From Candidatus Multivoradales bacterium (lineage in GTDB: Bacteria > Acidobacteriota > Thermoanaerobaculia > Multivoradales > Multivoraceae): 64,000 nucleotides of DNA. Numbering within the stretch: the stretch's first letter is position 1; each line of letters starts with the position of its first letter. The position numbers were made by a program, and so were the translations under genes. Positions 1 through 9,744 of this stretch are shown piece after piece. Where the stretch lies: the NCBI GenBank assembly GCA_965223325.1, contig CBDCWI010000002.1:1024001-1088000 (forward strand). Reading direction: 5' to 3'. Below the pieces are notes generated by a model that was given only the letters and a program-made list of their open reading frames with translations, did not search any database and was not told where the DNA came from.

Positions 1-1219
1 GCGAGTCGTTCTGGAGTGCCCACTCGAGGCTCACGACGCGCACGATGCCCCACCCCAGACCAACCGCGACCAAGACCGCCGGCGCCAAGCGCCAGCTTCG
101 CGCCCTTCCCGACTGCAGCCAAGCAGCAAGCGCCGGAGCTCCGAGGACGGCCAACACCAGAGCCACCGGCAGCGCGAAGCGCGCGTAGCTGTAGCGCAGC
201 GGCAAGATCACGGTCAAGAGATACGAGCCAGCCATCACCAGGAGGGCGAAGTGCGCATAGCCTGCCCGCCTACGGTCCGCGCGAGATCGCCGCCCCAGGG
301 CCAGAACGAGGATGAACGTCGACGGGATTCCGAGCACCCAGACGACCTGCCAGACGAACACGAGTGAGAGCTCCGTGAGCCCTCCCACCGACAGGGGAAA
401 CTCGCGGTAGGGCACCGATGCGGGTCCAGCAATCGTCTCCAGGTGAGCGACCAGGCCCTGCCAACCGGCAGGCAGTTTGAAGGCCAGCGAAGCGACGGCG
501 AGAAGCGTCGCGACAGCCGCCGCGACCCTGCTCCAGAAGGCAGTCCAGGGGCGGCCACTTCGGCGCCACGCCAGGAGGAGAACAATGGGCAGGAGAACGT
601 AGAGGCCGTAGGCCTGATCCTTGGTACAGACCGCCAGGCCCGAGGTCGCGGCCAGCCCGCACCAGCCCAGGTACGACTGGCTCTCGAACAGGCGAATCAC
701 GAACCACACCGAAGCCGCGACCCAGAACAGGTAGACCGCCTCCAGATTGGCGGTACCGGCGTAGTACACAAAGGACGGGCTGACAGCCAGCAGGCTGGCC
801 GCCAGCAACCCGGCCAACTCCCCGCGGCTCGCCTCCTGGCCGCCGAAACGCGCCAGACGAGCGCCCGCCAGCAAAAGCAGCACCAGGGTTCCACTCGCAA
901 ACGCAATCGAAACACCCCGCGCCAGGCGCCGACGATGCGTCAGATCCGCGAGATCTCCGGCGCGTTCGGTCGCCGGCGGCGCACCCGACGCGCGAAAGAC
1001 CAGCTCGAGTGTGCGGTAGTGAAGCGGCGGGTAGCGGCCTGACCAACCCATGGCGAAGCCGCGTTTAGCGCCGCGATCGACATCAAGTGGACTGATCTCA
1101 TCGGGTGCCCAGCCATTCCAACCGGGCAAGCCCCAGCCGCTACCGACCCCTGCACAGACCACCACAAACAACAGCGGCAGGCCGAGCAAGAAGATGCCTG
1201 GTCTGCCGCGGGTTGTCAC
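1..1219 (-). CDS. ArnT/PMT-like (GT39/GT83) membrane glycosyltransferase, 3' end outside window
   Basis: Not in the ORF track because no stop lies inside the window. Manual translation from GTG at 1219 gives TTRGRPGIFLLGLPLLFVVV..GWGLPGWNGWAPDE..RYPPLHY..FVYYAGTANLEAVYLFW..GLAVCTKDQAYGLY, a polytopic pattern typical of GT-C fold enzymes. Confidence 0.8.
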   Translation of the reverse strand, partial: MTTRGRPGIFLLGLPLLFVVVCAGVGSGWGLPGWNGWAPDEISPLDVDRGAKRGFAMGWSGRYPPLHYRTLELVFRASGAPPATERAGDLADLTHRRRLARGVSIAFASGTLVLLLLAGARLARFGGQEASRGELAGLLAASLLAVSPSFVYYAGTANLEAVYLFWVAASVWFVIRLFESQSYLGWCGLAATSGLAVCTKDQAYGLYVLLPIVLLLAWRRSGRPWTAFWSRVAAAVATLLAVASLAFKLPAGWQGLVAHLETIAGPASVPYREFPLSVGGLTELSLVFVWQVVWVLGIPSTFILVLALGRRSRADRRRAGYAHFALLVMAGSYLLTVILPLRYSYARFALPVALVLAVLGAPALAAWLQSGRARSWRLAPAVLVAVGLGWGIVRVVSLEWALQNDS

Positions 1220-1310
1220 TTCGTTTCGGGCCCAGCCATGAGCCGGCGAAAACGCAGTGCTCTTGCCGGAGTGTTCGTGCCGGAGTGTTCTGCCGGAGTC
1301 GCCGACGGCG

Positions 1311-2645
1311 CTACGGCAGCAACTTGATCTCGAGGTTGCTGTACTCCCAACCGATCGAAGGTACCTCGGCGCAGCAGGGTTCGGTGGGGTTGCCGACCCA
1401 GATGGTCAGGCTCGGGCCCGTTCGAATCTTGTTCAGCTGAACGCTGTGGTTGATGTTGACGACGACTTCACCGGTGGCGGTACGGATCTGTGTTTGCCCG
1501 GAGCGCGTGTTGGTGTCGATGGTGAAGTTGACGGTGTAGGTCTGGCCTGCCTGCAACGCGTAGTCGGCGCGCAGCTCCTGAGGACCACCGCCACCGACGC
1601 GGATCATGCTGGCGACTTTGTTGCGGTTGCCGCCGCGGGCGGTGATGTAGCCCAGGGTGCCATCCCAGCCGCCGTTGAAGAGCCAGAACAAGCCGTGGAG
1701 GCCGTCGGGCTTGGACGAGAACCAGCCGTTGTGCTTGAAGGTCACCGAAACGGTGACAATGCTGAACTCTCCGCCGTTGGGGGTTGGATAATCCATCGGC
1801 CAGAACTCCTTCGAGAAGCTCGGAATGTGGAACAGACCCGGCTGCTGGAAGCACAGAGCCCCCGTCGGGCAGAAGCCCGGAGGGGCCAGCGCTGAATCGC
1901 CGAGCTCACCGGGAGTGATCAACGACGCTGCCTGGTTGCCGGGGTCGAGCAGCATGGCGTAGCTGTAGCTCGGGCCACCACAGGTCACCGACATGCGGGC
2001 GTTGGGAACCGAGCTCTGGTTGATCGACTTGAATGCGTCCGGGTACCAGGACGACGAGAGCGGCTCGAGAGTCAGGCCGATTCGACCGACGAGGCCATTG
2101 CCATCACTCTTGCGGAAGATCACCGTGCACTTGTTCTGATCCTGGCTGAGGTTGACCAGGCCAACCGCAGTCTGCTGCGAGGAGTTCTTGAACAGGCCCT
2201 GCAGGTGGGTGGTGCGCCCCGCATCGACCATGTTGCGCGATGACACCACCGGAACCGCGCTCACCTTGCCGCGCTGTCCGTTACGCACCGGGACCAAACG
2301 CGCCGTCGCCACCAGGCCGGGCTCGAGGTTGAGCTCGAGCAGGCCGGTCGCCCCTTCGGGGACCAGGTTGGTGAAAATCTGCGTACGCCGCGCGGGGATC
2401 GATACCTCCTGTGAAGGTGGTTCACCTTCGGGGCGTCCGACGGTGCCATCGCGAAAGCTACGCACGAAGAAGTAGGTAAAAGACTGGGGATCGACGGAGG
2501 AGTTCGAGATTTCAACTTCGGTCTCGTACGAGACCCCGCCGATGGTGGTATCCGCTGCGATGCTGACGTACACCGTGCCGGCTGATGCCACCGAGGCGAG
2601 AAGGAACAGCAACGCACAGTTGAGGAGAAAACGCTGGAGCTTCAT
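1311..2645 (-). CDS. Secreted hypothetical beta-rich protein
   Basis: 444-aa ORF with signal peptide (MKLQRFLLNCALLFLLASVASA) and coding-like codon use. No family recognised with confidence. Confidence 0.75.
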   Translation of the reverse strand: MKLQRFLLNCALLFLLASVASAGTVYVSIAADTTIGGVSYETEVEISNSSVDPQSFTYFFVRSFRDGTVGRPEGEPPSQEVSIPARRTQIFTNLVPEGATGLLELNLEPGLVATARLVPVRNGQRGKVSAVPVVSSRNMVDAGRTTHLQGLFKNSSQQTAVGLVNLSQDQNKCTVIFRKSDGNGLVGRIGLTLEPLSSSWYPDAFKSINQSSVPNARMSVTCGGPSYSYAMLLDPGNQAASLITPGELGDSALAPPGFCPTGALCFQQPGLFHIPSFSKEFWPMDYPTPNGGEFSIVTVSVTFKHNGWFSSKPDGLHGLFWLFNGGWDGTLGYITARGGNRNKVASMIRVGGGGPQELRADYALQAGQTYTVNFTIDTNTRSGQTQIRTATGEVVVNINHSVQLNKIRTGPSLTIWVGNPTEPCCAEVPSIGWEYSNLEIKLLP

Positions 2646-3120
2646 GTCAAGGTACCCTAGGTAGTTATGCTTCTACAGCAAGGAATCATAGTCGAGCCCA
2701 AATATGTACTTCAAGGGCCGGGCGGTCCGCAGACCAGATTCAGCATGTAGGGGGAGAGATCTCTGGCGATCGCGCTCTAAGGAGAAAAGGAGCAATGGAG
2801 GGAAAGTAACAGAAGCATCAAGAGGCGAGACGCGCCTGACGGAGGACCATCAAAGGGCCCCCGCCCCGTCGCGTCGGGTCACGGCTAACTGCTTCTGCCG
2901 CAAGGAGTTTGACAGAAATGCCACGGCTCGTGCAGGGGTTTCCCGAAAGTCCCGTTCGATCCTCGCTCCGGGCCCGAAAGCGCCCCCCGACCCGGGGCCC
3001 CAGGCGAAACGCCGGAACCCAGCGGGGCTCGACAAGACGCGACCACCCTCCCGATCTGACTCCCTCCTAGCTGATACGGAGTCCACCAAAACGCAGGCCT
3101 TCTGTGGTCTGATACGGCGC

Positions 3121-4044
3121 ATGCGTATTGCGGTGGAGTTTCCGAGCGTTGTCTATCGTGAGGGTCCGGAGAAGGTCGCCGAACTGGCGAAGGCCCTCGA
3201 ACACATCGGCTACGACCAGATCGACATGTTCGATCACGTCGTCATGGCCCACGAGGCTCCCGGGCGGCCGGTGCGCTACCCGCCAAACTCGCCAATGCTC
3301 GAGGCGCTCACCACCCTGGGCTTTCTCGCCGCCGTCACGCGCGACATCGGCCTCGGAACCGAAGTCCTCGTTCTGCCACAGCGTCAGGCAGCGCTGGTTG
3401 CCAAACAGGTCGCCAACCTCGACCTCTTGACCGGAGGTCGTATCCGCCTCGGCGTGGGTGTGGGCTGGCAGGAGAGCGAGTACGACGCTCTCGGCCGCGA
3501 CTTTCGCCGTCGCGGAAGAGTCATGGATGAGTCGATCGACCTGCTGCGCAGCTGCTGGCACGACGAGTCCATCGACTTCGAGGGCGAGCACGAGAAGCTC
3601 GTCGCCATGGCACTCGAACCCAAACCACCCCAGGGGGCGGACCTGCCGATCTGGATTGGCGGGATCTCAGACAAGGCCCTCCGACGGGTCGCCAAACGCG
3701 GCGACGGGTGGTTGGCGATGGGGGTCACCGACCGCGACCAGGGCAAAGAAATGATCGCCACCATCAAGCAGTACGCCGAAGAAGAATCGCGCGACTGGGG
3801 CACGCTCGGCTTCCAGGCCGCGATCAGTCCTCCGCCGCGTCCCGGCGAGGCCAGCGACAAGAACTTCTACGGCGACCCTGAAGCGGTCGCCGATGTCGCC
3901 GCGACCTTGAAGGAAGCTGGGTTCGGCTGGGTGACGATGAACGCCACCGGGGTTTTTCTCGCCGGCGCGCGCGCGGTCGACCAGCTGATCGAAGCCTTCG
4001 ATGAACTGCACCAGGTCGTTCGCCGCAAGGTCGGCTACGGCTAG
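3121..4044 (+). CDS. LLM-class (luciferase-like) flavin/F420-dependent oxidoreductase
   Basis: Motifs FDHVV, LGTEVLVLPQR, GRIRLGVGVGW, PIWIGG. ATG at 3121 preferred over the upstream extension. Confidence 0.9.
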   Translation: MRIAVEFPSVVYREGPEKVAELAKALEHIGYDQIDMFDHVVMAHEAPGRPVRYPPNSPMLEALTTLGFLAAVTRDIGLGTEVLVLPQRQAALVAKQVANLDLLTGGRIRLGVGVGWQESEYDALGRDFRRRGRVMDESIDLLRSCWHDESIDFEGEHEKLVAMALEPKPPQGADLPIWIGGISDKALRRVAKRGDGWLAMGVTDRDQGKEMIATIKQYAEEESRDWGTLGFQAAISPPPRPGEASDKNFYGDPEAVADVAATLKEAGFGWVTMNATGVFLAGARAVDQLIEAFDELHQVVRRKVGYG

Positions 4045-4161
4045 CTAGAGCATCGCTGTACGGCACGCCATGGCAAACCTCGCCGGTCGGCCTATGCCCT
4101 CTCCCCAGCTCTCGGTCGGGTCGCCACAACGGTCGCCGTCCTGCGCTTTCTCCTCGGCTCC

Positions 4162-5472
4162 GTGGTCCGCGGAACACTTCGCCAGCTCGCCTTACCTGCG
4201 GCTCTGGTCTTCGCCGTCGCCTACACGCTCGGACCCGATTTCCTGACCAGCCTGGCGGCGCTCCTCCACCCCAGCGGACCGCGGGGCCCGCTCCTGGTGC
4301 TGGCGCTCACCGCGATTCTCGCGAGCGTCGTCGGTCTCACCGAGCAGCGCGCGAGATCCGCCATCGCCGGCTGGGCGAGCTCGCTGCCTGCCGCGGGGAG
4401 CGACCGGCGGCTCGCCACCGTCCTGGCCTGTGCTCTGCCGGCTCTTGTGCCAGCTGCTGCCGTCTGGCTTCTTGGCCTGCACCCGGAGGTCCGCGGCGGC
4501 ATCTCGGCCATCGCGGTCACCGGCAGCCGGGTGCTCGATGCCGCTGGTTTCCTGGTGGCCGGGTCAGCGGTCGCAGCAATGTGCTCACGGCTGCGGATTG
4601 GTTGGCGCCTTCTGGCGGGCCTCTCGGCGGCGGCGGCGCTGGTCAAGCTTCCGTTGATGCTCTCACTAGCGGTTCTCGGAACCGGCCTTGTGCTCACTAC
4701 GGGACTGGCGAAATCCCCGACCGCCCCAAGCAGCGGGCTCCGGTTGCCCAGACCGCGCGGGGCCAAGCAGTTTCTCCTACCGCAAATGCTTCTTCGCACC
4801 CTCGGCTGGGGTGCGCTCCCAGCGGTCGCTGTCGCCGTTCTTCCGGGAATCGCGGCAAGGGTCTTCACCGCCCACAACGATCTTCCGCTCGGCCTCGAAC
4901 GTGGAGCGCTGCGCCTCGGCGCGGCCGTCGGCGCAACGTTGGCTTTGAGTGCTCTCAGCGAGCGCCTACGCGAGCGCGGGCTGCCGCCCCTGTGGATGCG
5001 CAGCTTGCCGCAGAGCTCGCGAGCGCGAGGCGTCACCGTCGCCACGACGCTCGCGGTGCCCGCCGCAACGGTCGCCTTCGTGCCTCTCCAACCCCTCATC
5101 AAACATGGGCTGGGCCAGACGTTGCTCGCAGGCGCGTGGCTCACGGTGCTCCTCGCCTTTCTCGCCCTCCGTTTCACCGCAGCAATCTTCCGCCAGGACG
5201 CCGGCGACCGGGGCCCTTCCAGCTCCTCACCTCGGCCGCGGTTCGGCAGTCGCGATGACCGCCAGACCGAAGGCGGAAGGACCGGCCTGCGACTGGCAGG
5301 AGCGGTTGTGACTTCAGAAGGCCTCCTCGTCGCTGCCTGGATCACCATCTTGCCGTGGGCCGTACTTCTCCTGGCAGCCGCCGTTCCGTGGGCTGCATCT
5401 CGGGTCAGGCACGCCGTTCAGCAGCGGAGAACCAGTCACTTCCACACGGCCTCTCTCATGCGAGTTGCCTGA
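4162..5472 (+). CDS. Polytopic membrane protein, probable ABC exporter permease
   Basis: Many hydrophobic segments. Its stop overlaps the ATG of the downstream ABC ATPase. The true start is uncertain and may lie further upstream. Confidence 0.65.
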   Translation: MVRGTLRQLALPAALVFAVAYTLGPDFLTSLAALLHPSGPRGPLLVLALTAILASVVGLTEQRARSAIAGWASSLPAAGSDRRLATVLACALPALVPAAAVWLLGLHPEVRGGISAIAVTGSRVLDAAGFLVAGSAVAAMCSRLRIGWRLLAGLSAAAALVKLPLMLSLAVLGTGLVLTTGLAKSPTAPSSGLRLPRPRGAKQFLLPQMLLRTLGWGALPAVAVAVLPGIAARVFTAHNDLPLGLERGALRLGAAVGATLALSALSERLRERGLPPLWMRSLPQSSRARGVTVATTLAVPAATVAFVPLQPLIKHGLGQTLLAGAWLTVLLAFLALRFTAAIFRQDAGDRGPSSSSPRPRFGSRDDRQTEGGRTGLRLAGAVVTSEGLLVAAWITILPWAVLLLAAAVPWAASRVRHAVQQRRTSHFHTASLMRVA

Positions 5473-6179
5473 TGATCGAGTGTCTCGACTTGACCTGGCA
5501 GTGGCCGCGGCAGGCGCCGGTGCTCGAGAACACCAGCTGGCGCCTGCCCCCAGGCCTGACACTGCTCGTGGGGCCCAACGGCTGCGGCAAGAGCACCCTC
5601 GTGCAGCTCCTGGCCGGGGTCCTCAAGCCGCCGGCGCCCGGGCGCGTGCTGGTCGACGGCCTCGATCTGTGGGTCGACGAGCGTGCCGCCCGGCAGCGAC
5701 TCGCCTACCTCCCGGAGCGGCCCGACATGACGCGCTGGGCGACGGTCCGCGAGGTTCTCCGGCTGGTGGCGACCTTGCGGGGAATCGCTCCCACCGACAA
5801 CCAGCGCGCCATCGAGGACGTGCTCGAGCGCGTCCAGATCGAAGGGGCGGCAGACCGCTCCACCAGCGAGCTCTCGCTCGGCCAGGGACGGCGGGCCTTG
5901 CTCGCCGCGGTCATGCTGGGCGAGGCGAGCAACCTGCTCCTCGACGAACCCCTCGACTCTCTTGACCGACCCACACGCGACAACGTGCTGCGGTGGATCG
6001 ATGGCCGCGTGGTGAGCGGCGCGGCGGTTCTGGTCACCTCGCACACCATCGAGCCATTCCTGAGCCGCGCTGATCGACTGCTGACCGTACGGGGCGGCCA
6101 GATCCTGGCGTTCGAAGGTGATGATCTCGAGGTCGAGCCGGCGGCGGAAGCACTGGCCCGCGGTCAGCTCCCGGCCTAG
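5472..6179 (+). CDS. ABC transporter ATP-binding protein
   Basis: Walker A GPNGCGKST, signature LSLGQ, Walker B LLLDEP, switch VTSH. Confidence 0.9.
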   Translation: MIECLDLTWQWPRQAPVLENTSWRLPPGLTLLVGPNGCGKSTLVQLLAGVLKPPAPGRVLVDGLDLWVDERAARQRLAYLPERPDMTRWATVREVLRLVATLRGIAPTDNQRAIEDVLERVQIEGAADRSTSELSLGQGRRALLAAVMLGEASNLLLDEPLDSLDRPTRDNVLRWIDGRVVSGAAVLVTSHTIEPFLSRADRLLTVRGGQILAFEGDDLEVEPAAEALARGQLPA

Positions 6180-6199
6180 CGAGACGCCCGGCCACCGAT

Positions 6200-6904
6200 C
6201 TATTCCGCCTCGATGCTCGAGTGCAACTCGAGAGAACGCTCGTTGCCGTCGTCGCCCACGACAGAAATGCGGGCGGTGAGCCGGGGCACTCTGGCTCGTT
6301 CGAGAGCCACCGAAGCGGGGAGCGCATCGCCAAAGAGCGACCAAAGCGCTTCGTGCTCCGGATGAGAAAGCACCAGGACCTCGAGCTTCGGCCCGATGGG
6401 AAGCGTGGTCGCCGGCAGTGGCGTTTCGCCCCAATCGATCAGAAACGGCACCACTCCCCCACGGTCGCCTGAGTCCTCACCCTCGAACGGCGGAGGGACC
6501 GCCAGCCGCCACGACAGCTCCACGCCGTCGGGTCGCATGCGCGACATGACGCGAATCTCACCGGGCTCCCGACCGTGTGAGCGCAAGCCGGCACAGGCCT
6601 CTTCGAGATTGGGTGGCCGGCCGGCCCAGGTCACCAGCCGCGGCTCGACAAGATCGTCGAGCCCAAAGGGGCGCGGATGCAGCGGGGCAGGTTGGGTGGG
6701 ATCGGCAGCGATGATCTCGAGGTAGCGGTCTCCACCCAACGAGAGCAGCGCGTTGTGGGTGCCGATGCCGGGATGCCGGCCGCCCGGCGAAGGGCGAACT
6801 CCCAGGCGCTCCTCGAATGAGTCGGCCGCGGTTTCGAGGTCGAAGACTGCGTACACCAGATGGTCGAGCTTGAGTCCGGCAAGGGGTGCTACGGCGGGGG
6901 TCAC
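6200..6904 (-). CDS. VOC/glyoxalase-like domain protein
   Basis: LDHLVYAV..GGRHPGIGTHNALLSLG..YLEII..PFLIDWG. GTG at 6904 has a GAGGAG RBS. Confidence 0.85.
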   Translation of the reverse strand: MTPAVAPLAGLKLDHLVYAVFDLETAADSFEERLGVRPSPGGRHPGIGTHNALLSLGGDRYLEIIAADPTQPAPLHPRPFGLDDLVEPRLVTWAGRPPNLEEACAGLRSHGREPGEIRVMSRMRPDGVELSWRLAVPPPFEGEDSGDRGGVVPFLIDWGETPLPATTLPIGPKLEVLVLSHPEHEALWSLFGDALPASVALERARVPRLTARISVVGDDGNERSLELHSSIEAE

Positions 6905-6936
6905 GACGTTCTCCTCTGGACGTAGACTACACATTC

Positions 6937-7512
6937 ATGACCGACGCCAGCTCCTCTTGCAAGATCGCCTTCATCGGCTCCCATGGCGTCGGGAAGACGA
7001 CCCTCACCTACGGTCTCGCTGCCCGCCTCAAGGCGCGCGACGTGTCTCTGGAGGTGGTCGTGGAGGTCGCCCGGCGATGTCCCCTGCCACTCAACGAGGC
7101 CACCACCCTCGAGGCGCAGGCGTGGATTCTCCACACCCAGATTGCCGACGAGCTGGCTGCCGCGGTGCGCTACCCAGTGGTGCTCTGCGACCGCAGCGTG
7201 CTCGACAACTACGTCTACCGCTTGCTCGCCTACGGGCCCGACCCAGCCCTAGAACCGCTCGTCGACCAGGCCACCGCGAGCTACGATCTGCTGATTCATG
7301 TGCCCCCTAGCGAGGACCCCCCCGCCCCCGATGGCACCCGCTCTACCGACATCGCCTTCCGAGACGCCGTCAATGATCGTCTGATCTCGGAACTCGCCCG
7401 CCGTGAGGTCACGGCCCTACAACTCGACCCGCAGGATCGCACGCACTGGCTCGACGCCGCAGAGGCCGCTGCCTTGACGGTGATCGCCTCGCCCCAGCTT
7501 CGGTTGCTCTGA
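6937..7512 (+). CDS. AAA_28/NadR-like P-loop ATPase/kinase
   Basis: IAFIGSHGVGKTT P-loop and VLCDRSVLD motif. Confidence 0.8.
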   Translation: MTDASSSCKIAFIGSHGVGKTTLTYGLAARLKARDVSLEVVVEVARRCPLPLNEATTLEAQAWILHTQIADELAAAVRYPVVLCDRSVLDNYVYRLLAYGPDPALEPLVDQATASYDLLIHVPPSEDPPAPDGTRSTDIAFRDAVNDRLISELARREVTALQLDPQDRTHWLDAAEAAALTVIASPQLRLL

Positions 7513-7647
7513 GCCACCCAGGCCGACGCCTCTCGTATTGACCGAAACCGTACGTTCGGTATTCCGCCACTGCCGGCGCCTTCAAGTCCTCCCATACTGG
7601 TGGCAGGAATCCAAGACCAAGAGCTCACCACCGCAACGGGAGGCGAC

Positions 7648-8097
7648 ATGCGCACCAGGATCGAAACCACAAGACATCTTCCGGCACTCGGCGCCTTGGC
7701 GGCGGCCGGTCTTCTCATGGTTGCCGCCTTCTGCGCTCCGCCGGTGGCCGCCGAGGAGGAGTTCTCACAGAGCAAAGCGTCCGTGGGAGCAGCGATCTTC
7801 CGTAGCTACTGCGCGAGCTGTCACGGTCGAAAGGCCGTGGGCGACGGCGAGATCGCCAGCATGCTCACCGTCAAGCCGGCCAACTTGACCGAGGTTGCCA
7901 AGCGCAACGACGGCGTCTTCGACATCGAAGCGGTCAAGAAAATCATCGACGGCCGTACGGGAGTCAAGGCGCACGGCTCTCAGATGCCCATCTGGGGCGA
8001 CGCCTTTGTCATTGCCGACGGCGGCAATACGAGTGAGCAGGTCGAATCACGGATTGACAAACTTGCCCACTTCATCTGGTCAGTGCAGAAGAAGTAG
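7648..8097 (+). CDS. Monoheme cytochrome c
   Basis: Signal peptide, CASCH heme-binding motif, distal MPIWG, GGAGG RBS. Confidence 0.9.
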   Translation: MRTRIETTRHLPALGALAAAGLLMVAAFCAPPVAAEEEFSQSKASVGAAIFRSYCASCHGRKAVGDGEIASMLTVKPANLTEVAKRNDGVFDIEAVKKIIDGRTGVKAHGSQMPIWGDAFVIADGGNTSEQVESRIDKLAHFIWSVQKK

Positions 8098-8120
8098 GCC
8101 CTCTGCCGACTCTGTCTTCG

Positions 8121-9713
8121 TCACGAGGCCCTGAGGTGCTCATCGCCGGCGCGCTCCTTGCGACGGCGGCGCTGGCGTCGCTTGCGCACCAACACCCGCA
8201 CGCCGAGCACGACGCTGGTGAGCGAAACAAACAGTCCACCGAGCATGAAGAACCCGACGACCAGATCCCAGAGCGGTCGGCGGTTCCAGAACCCTCCGAT
8301 GTCCCAGGAGTGCAGGCCGTTGTAGAGGTAGCGCTCCAACCGGCTCAGGGCCTCCATTCGACGCACAATGGCACCAGCGTGAGGGTCGATATAGAGCGTC
8401 GTGCGCTGCCGGTCGTTGTAGCTCGCTCGATAGACGGGTAAGCGACGGGTGTTGCGAAACGACTTCTTGGAGTAGTAGTAGTCGTCGTACTCGTCGAGGC
8501 GCTGCCATTCAACCATCTGAGCGCCCGGAACAAGACCTGCCGCGGTGTGCTCGAGAACACTCTCGGGGATCTCCGCCCGCGGCACGGTGTCGTTGGCGAG
8601 AGCCCCTGTCGCTCTTAGTGCGAGACTCTTCTTCGGAGTCTCGAACGCGACCCACCAGGGACTTCCGCCGACCACCCGCGCTTCGAGTCGCTTGACCTCG
8701 AGGTGAGGCGCGAAGGCGCCGAGCGCCTCGACCGGGCTGACGGCAAACGACTGCCAGCCCGATGCGCCGCTTCCGCTCCACCTTGCGACCTGCTCGCCGC
8801 TTGGCGAGGTCGAAGGCGCCCAGCCAAACGGCGCCATGCTCATCAGGCCGCTGAAGATCCAGACGAGAGTCGCAGCCCCAAAACCAAGGCCAAACAGGTG
8901 GTGCCAGCGCATCCAGCGCGCCGTGTACGGACTCAAGCCATGCTTGGCATTCGGGCGACGCAGGTTCCAGATCCCGAGGACCAGGCCGCAGAGAACCGCC
9001 AGGGTCCCCAATCCGGACACTACGATGACCAGGTTGCTCCACAGCCTTCCGTGCTGCCTGATGAACGTCGGGTAGATCCAGTGCGTCACCGGACCGAGAT
9101 AGCCGAGGACGCGCTCTCGCCTGGTGGTGGTTTGAACGACCTGCCCGGTGGCGGATGAGACATAGATCTCGGTGCCACGACTGCCTTCGACCGTGAAGCG
9201 ATGAAGTGGTCGATGTCTCGCGAACAGGCCGGAGTAGAGGGTCCACTGGTCGAGCTCGAGGGTTTCTTCGAAACGCAGCGACCCGTCGCTACCATTGGCG
9301 GCTCGGTCTCGCCACAGCGCTGCCGAACGCTTTCCGGCGGCAGCATCGAAGGGCCCAAGGAGGTCGCCGGAGGAGGCGTCGACGGTGATCACCCTGCCGC
9401 TCGCTGGCTCGAGGTGCCAAACGGGAGCCCCGCCCAGCATGTCGAGGTAGAGCTTCCCCACAGTCCCTATCGGACCCGCAGAGTCCGAAGACGCGCGCTC
9501 GACCACCGCGGCTGGTCGCAGGAGCTCGCCAGAGACCGGCGCCAGCGGCTCGACGCCATCGAGCCATGCATCACTGCGCAGGAGGTACGGCATCTCGACG
9601 TACATCATCACCAGTCCCGACGCGAACCAGAGCAGAAACAGCACGCAGCCGGCGACCCCGAGCGTACGGTGGGTGACCAGCAGCCACGACTTGACCTTCT
9701 GCCTGCTCCACAT
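8121..9713 (-). CDS. PepSY-associated TM helix domain protein
   Basis: HRTLG..WFASG, THWIY, RWHHLFG, YNGLHSWD motifs. Lies directly downstream of a TonB receptor. Confidence 0.85.
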   Translation of the reverse strand: MWSRQKVKSWLLVTHRTLGVAGCVLFLLWFASGLVMMYVEMPYLLRSDAWLDGVEPLAPVSGELLRPAAVVERASSDSAGPIGTVGKLYLDMLGGAPVWHLEPASGRVITVDASSGDLLGPFDAAAGKRSAALWRDRAANGSDGSLRFEETLELDQWTLYSGLFARHRPLHRFTVEGSRGTEIYVSSATGQVVQTTTRRERVLGYLGPVTHWIYPTFIRQHGRLWSNLVIVVSGLGTLAVLCGLVLGIWNLRRPNAKHGLSPYTARWMRWHHLFGLGFGAATLVWIFSGLMSMAPFGWAPSTSPSGEQVARWSGSGASGWQSFAVSPVEALGAFAPHLEVKRLEARVVGGSPWWVAFETPKKSLALRATGALANDTVPRAEIPESVLEHTAAGLVPGAQMVEWQRLDEYDDYYYSKKSFRNTRRLPVYRASYNDRQRTTLYIDPHAGAIVRRMEALSRLERYLYNGLHSWDIGGFWNRRPLWDLVVGFFMLGGLFVSLTSVVLGVRVLVRKRRQRRRRKERAGDEHLRAS

Positions 9714-9744
9714 GAGCTAAGTCAGGGCACCCCGCCAACCCGGG

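Noticed and set aside
443-1042. 199-aa plus-strand ORF and 258-aa minus-strand ORF
   Set aside because: Shadow frames of the GT39-like gene found in the third minus frame.
2704-3120. 139-aa N-terminal extension of the LLM oxidoreductase
   Set aside because: Low-complexity open frame in GC-rich intergenic DNA. Family similarity begins at ATG 3121.
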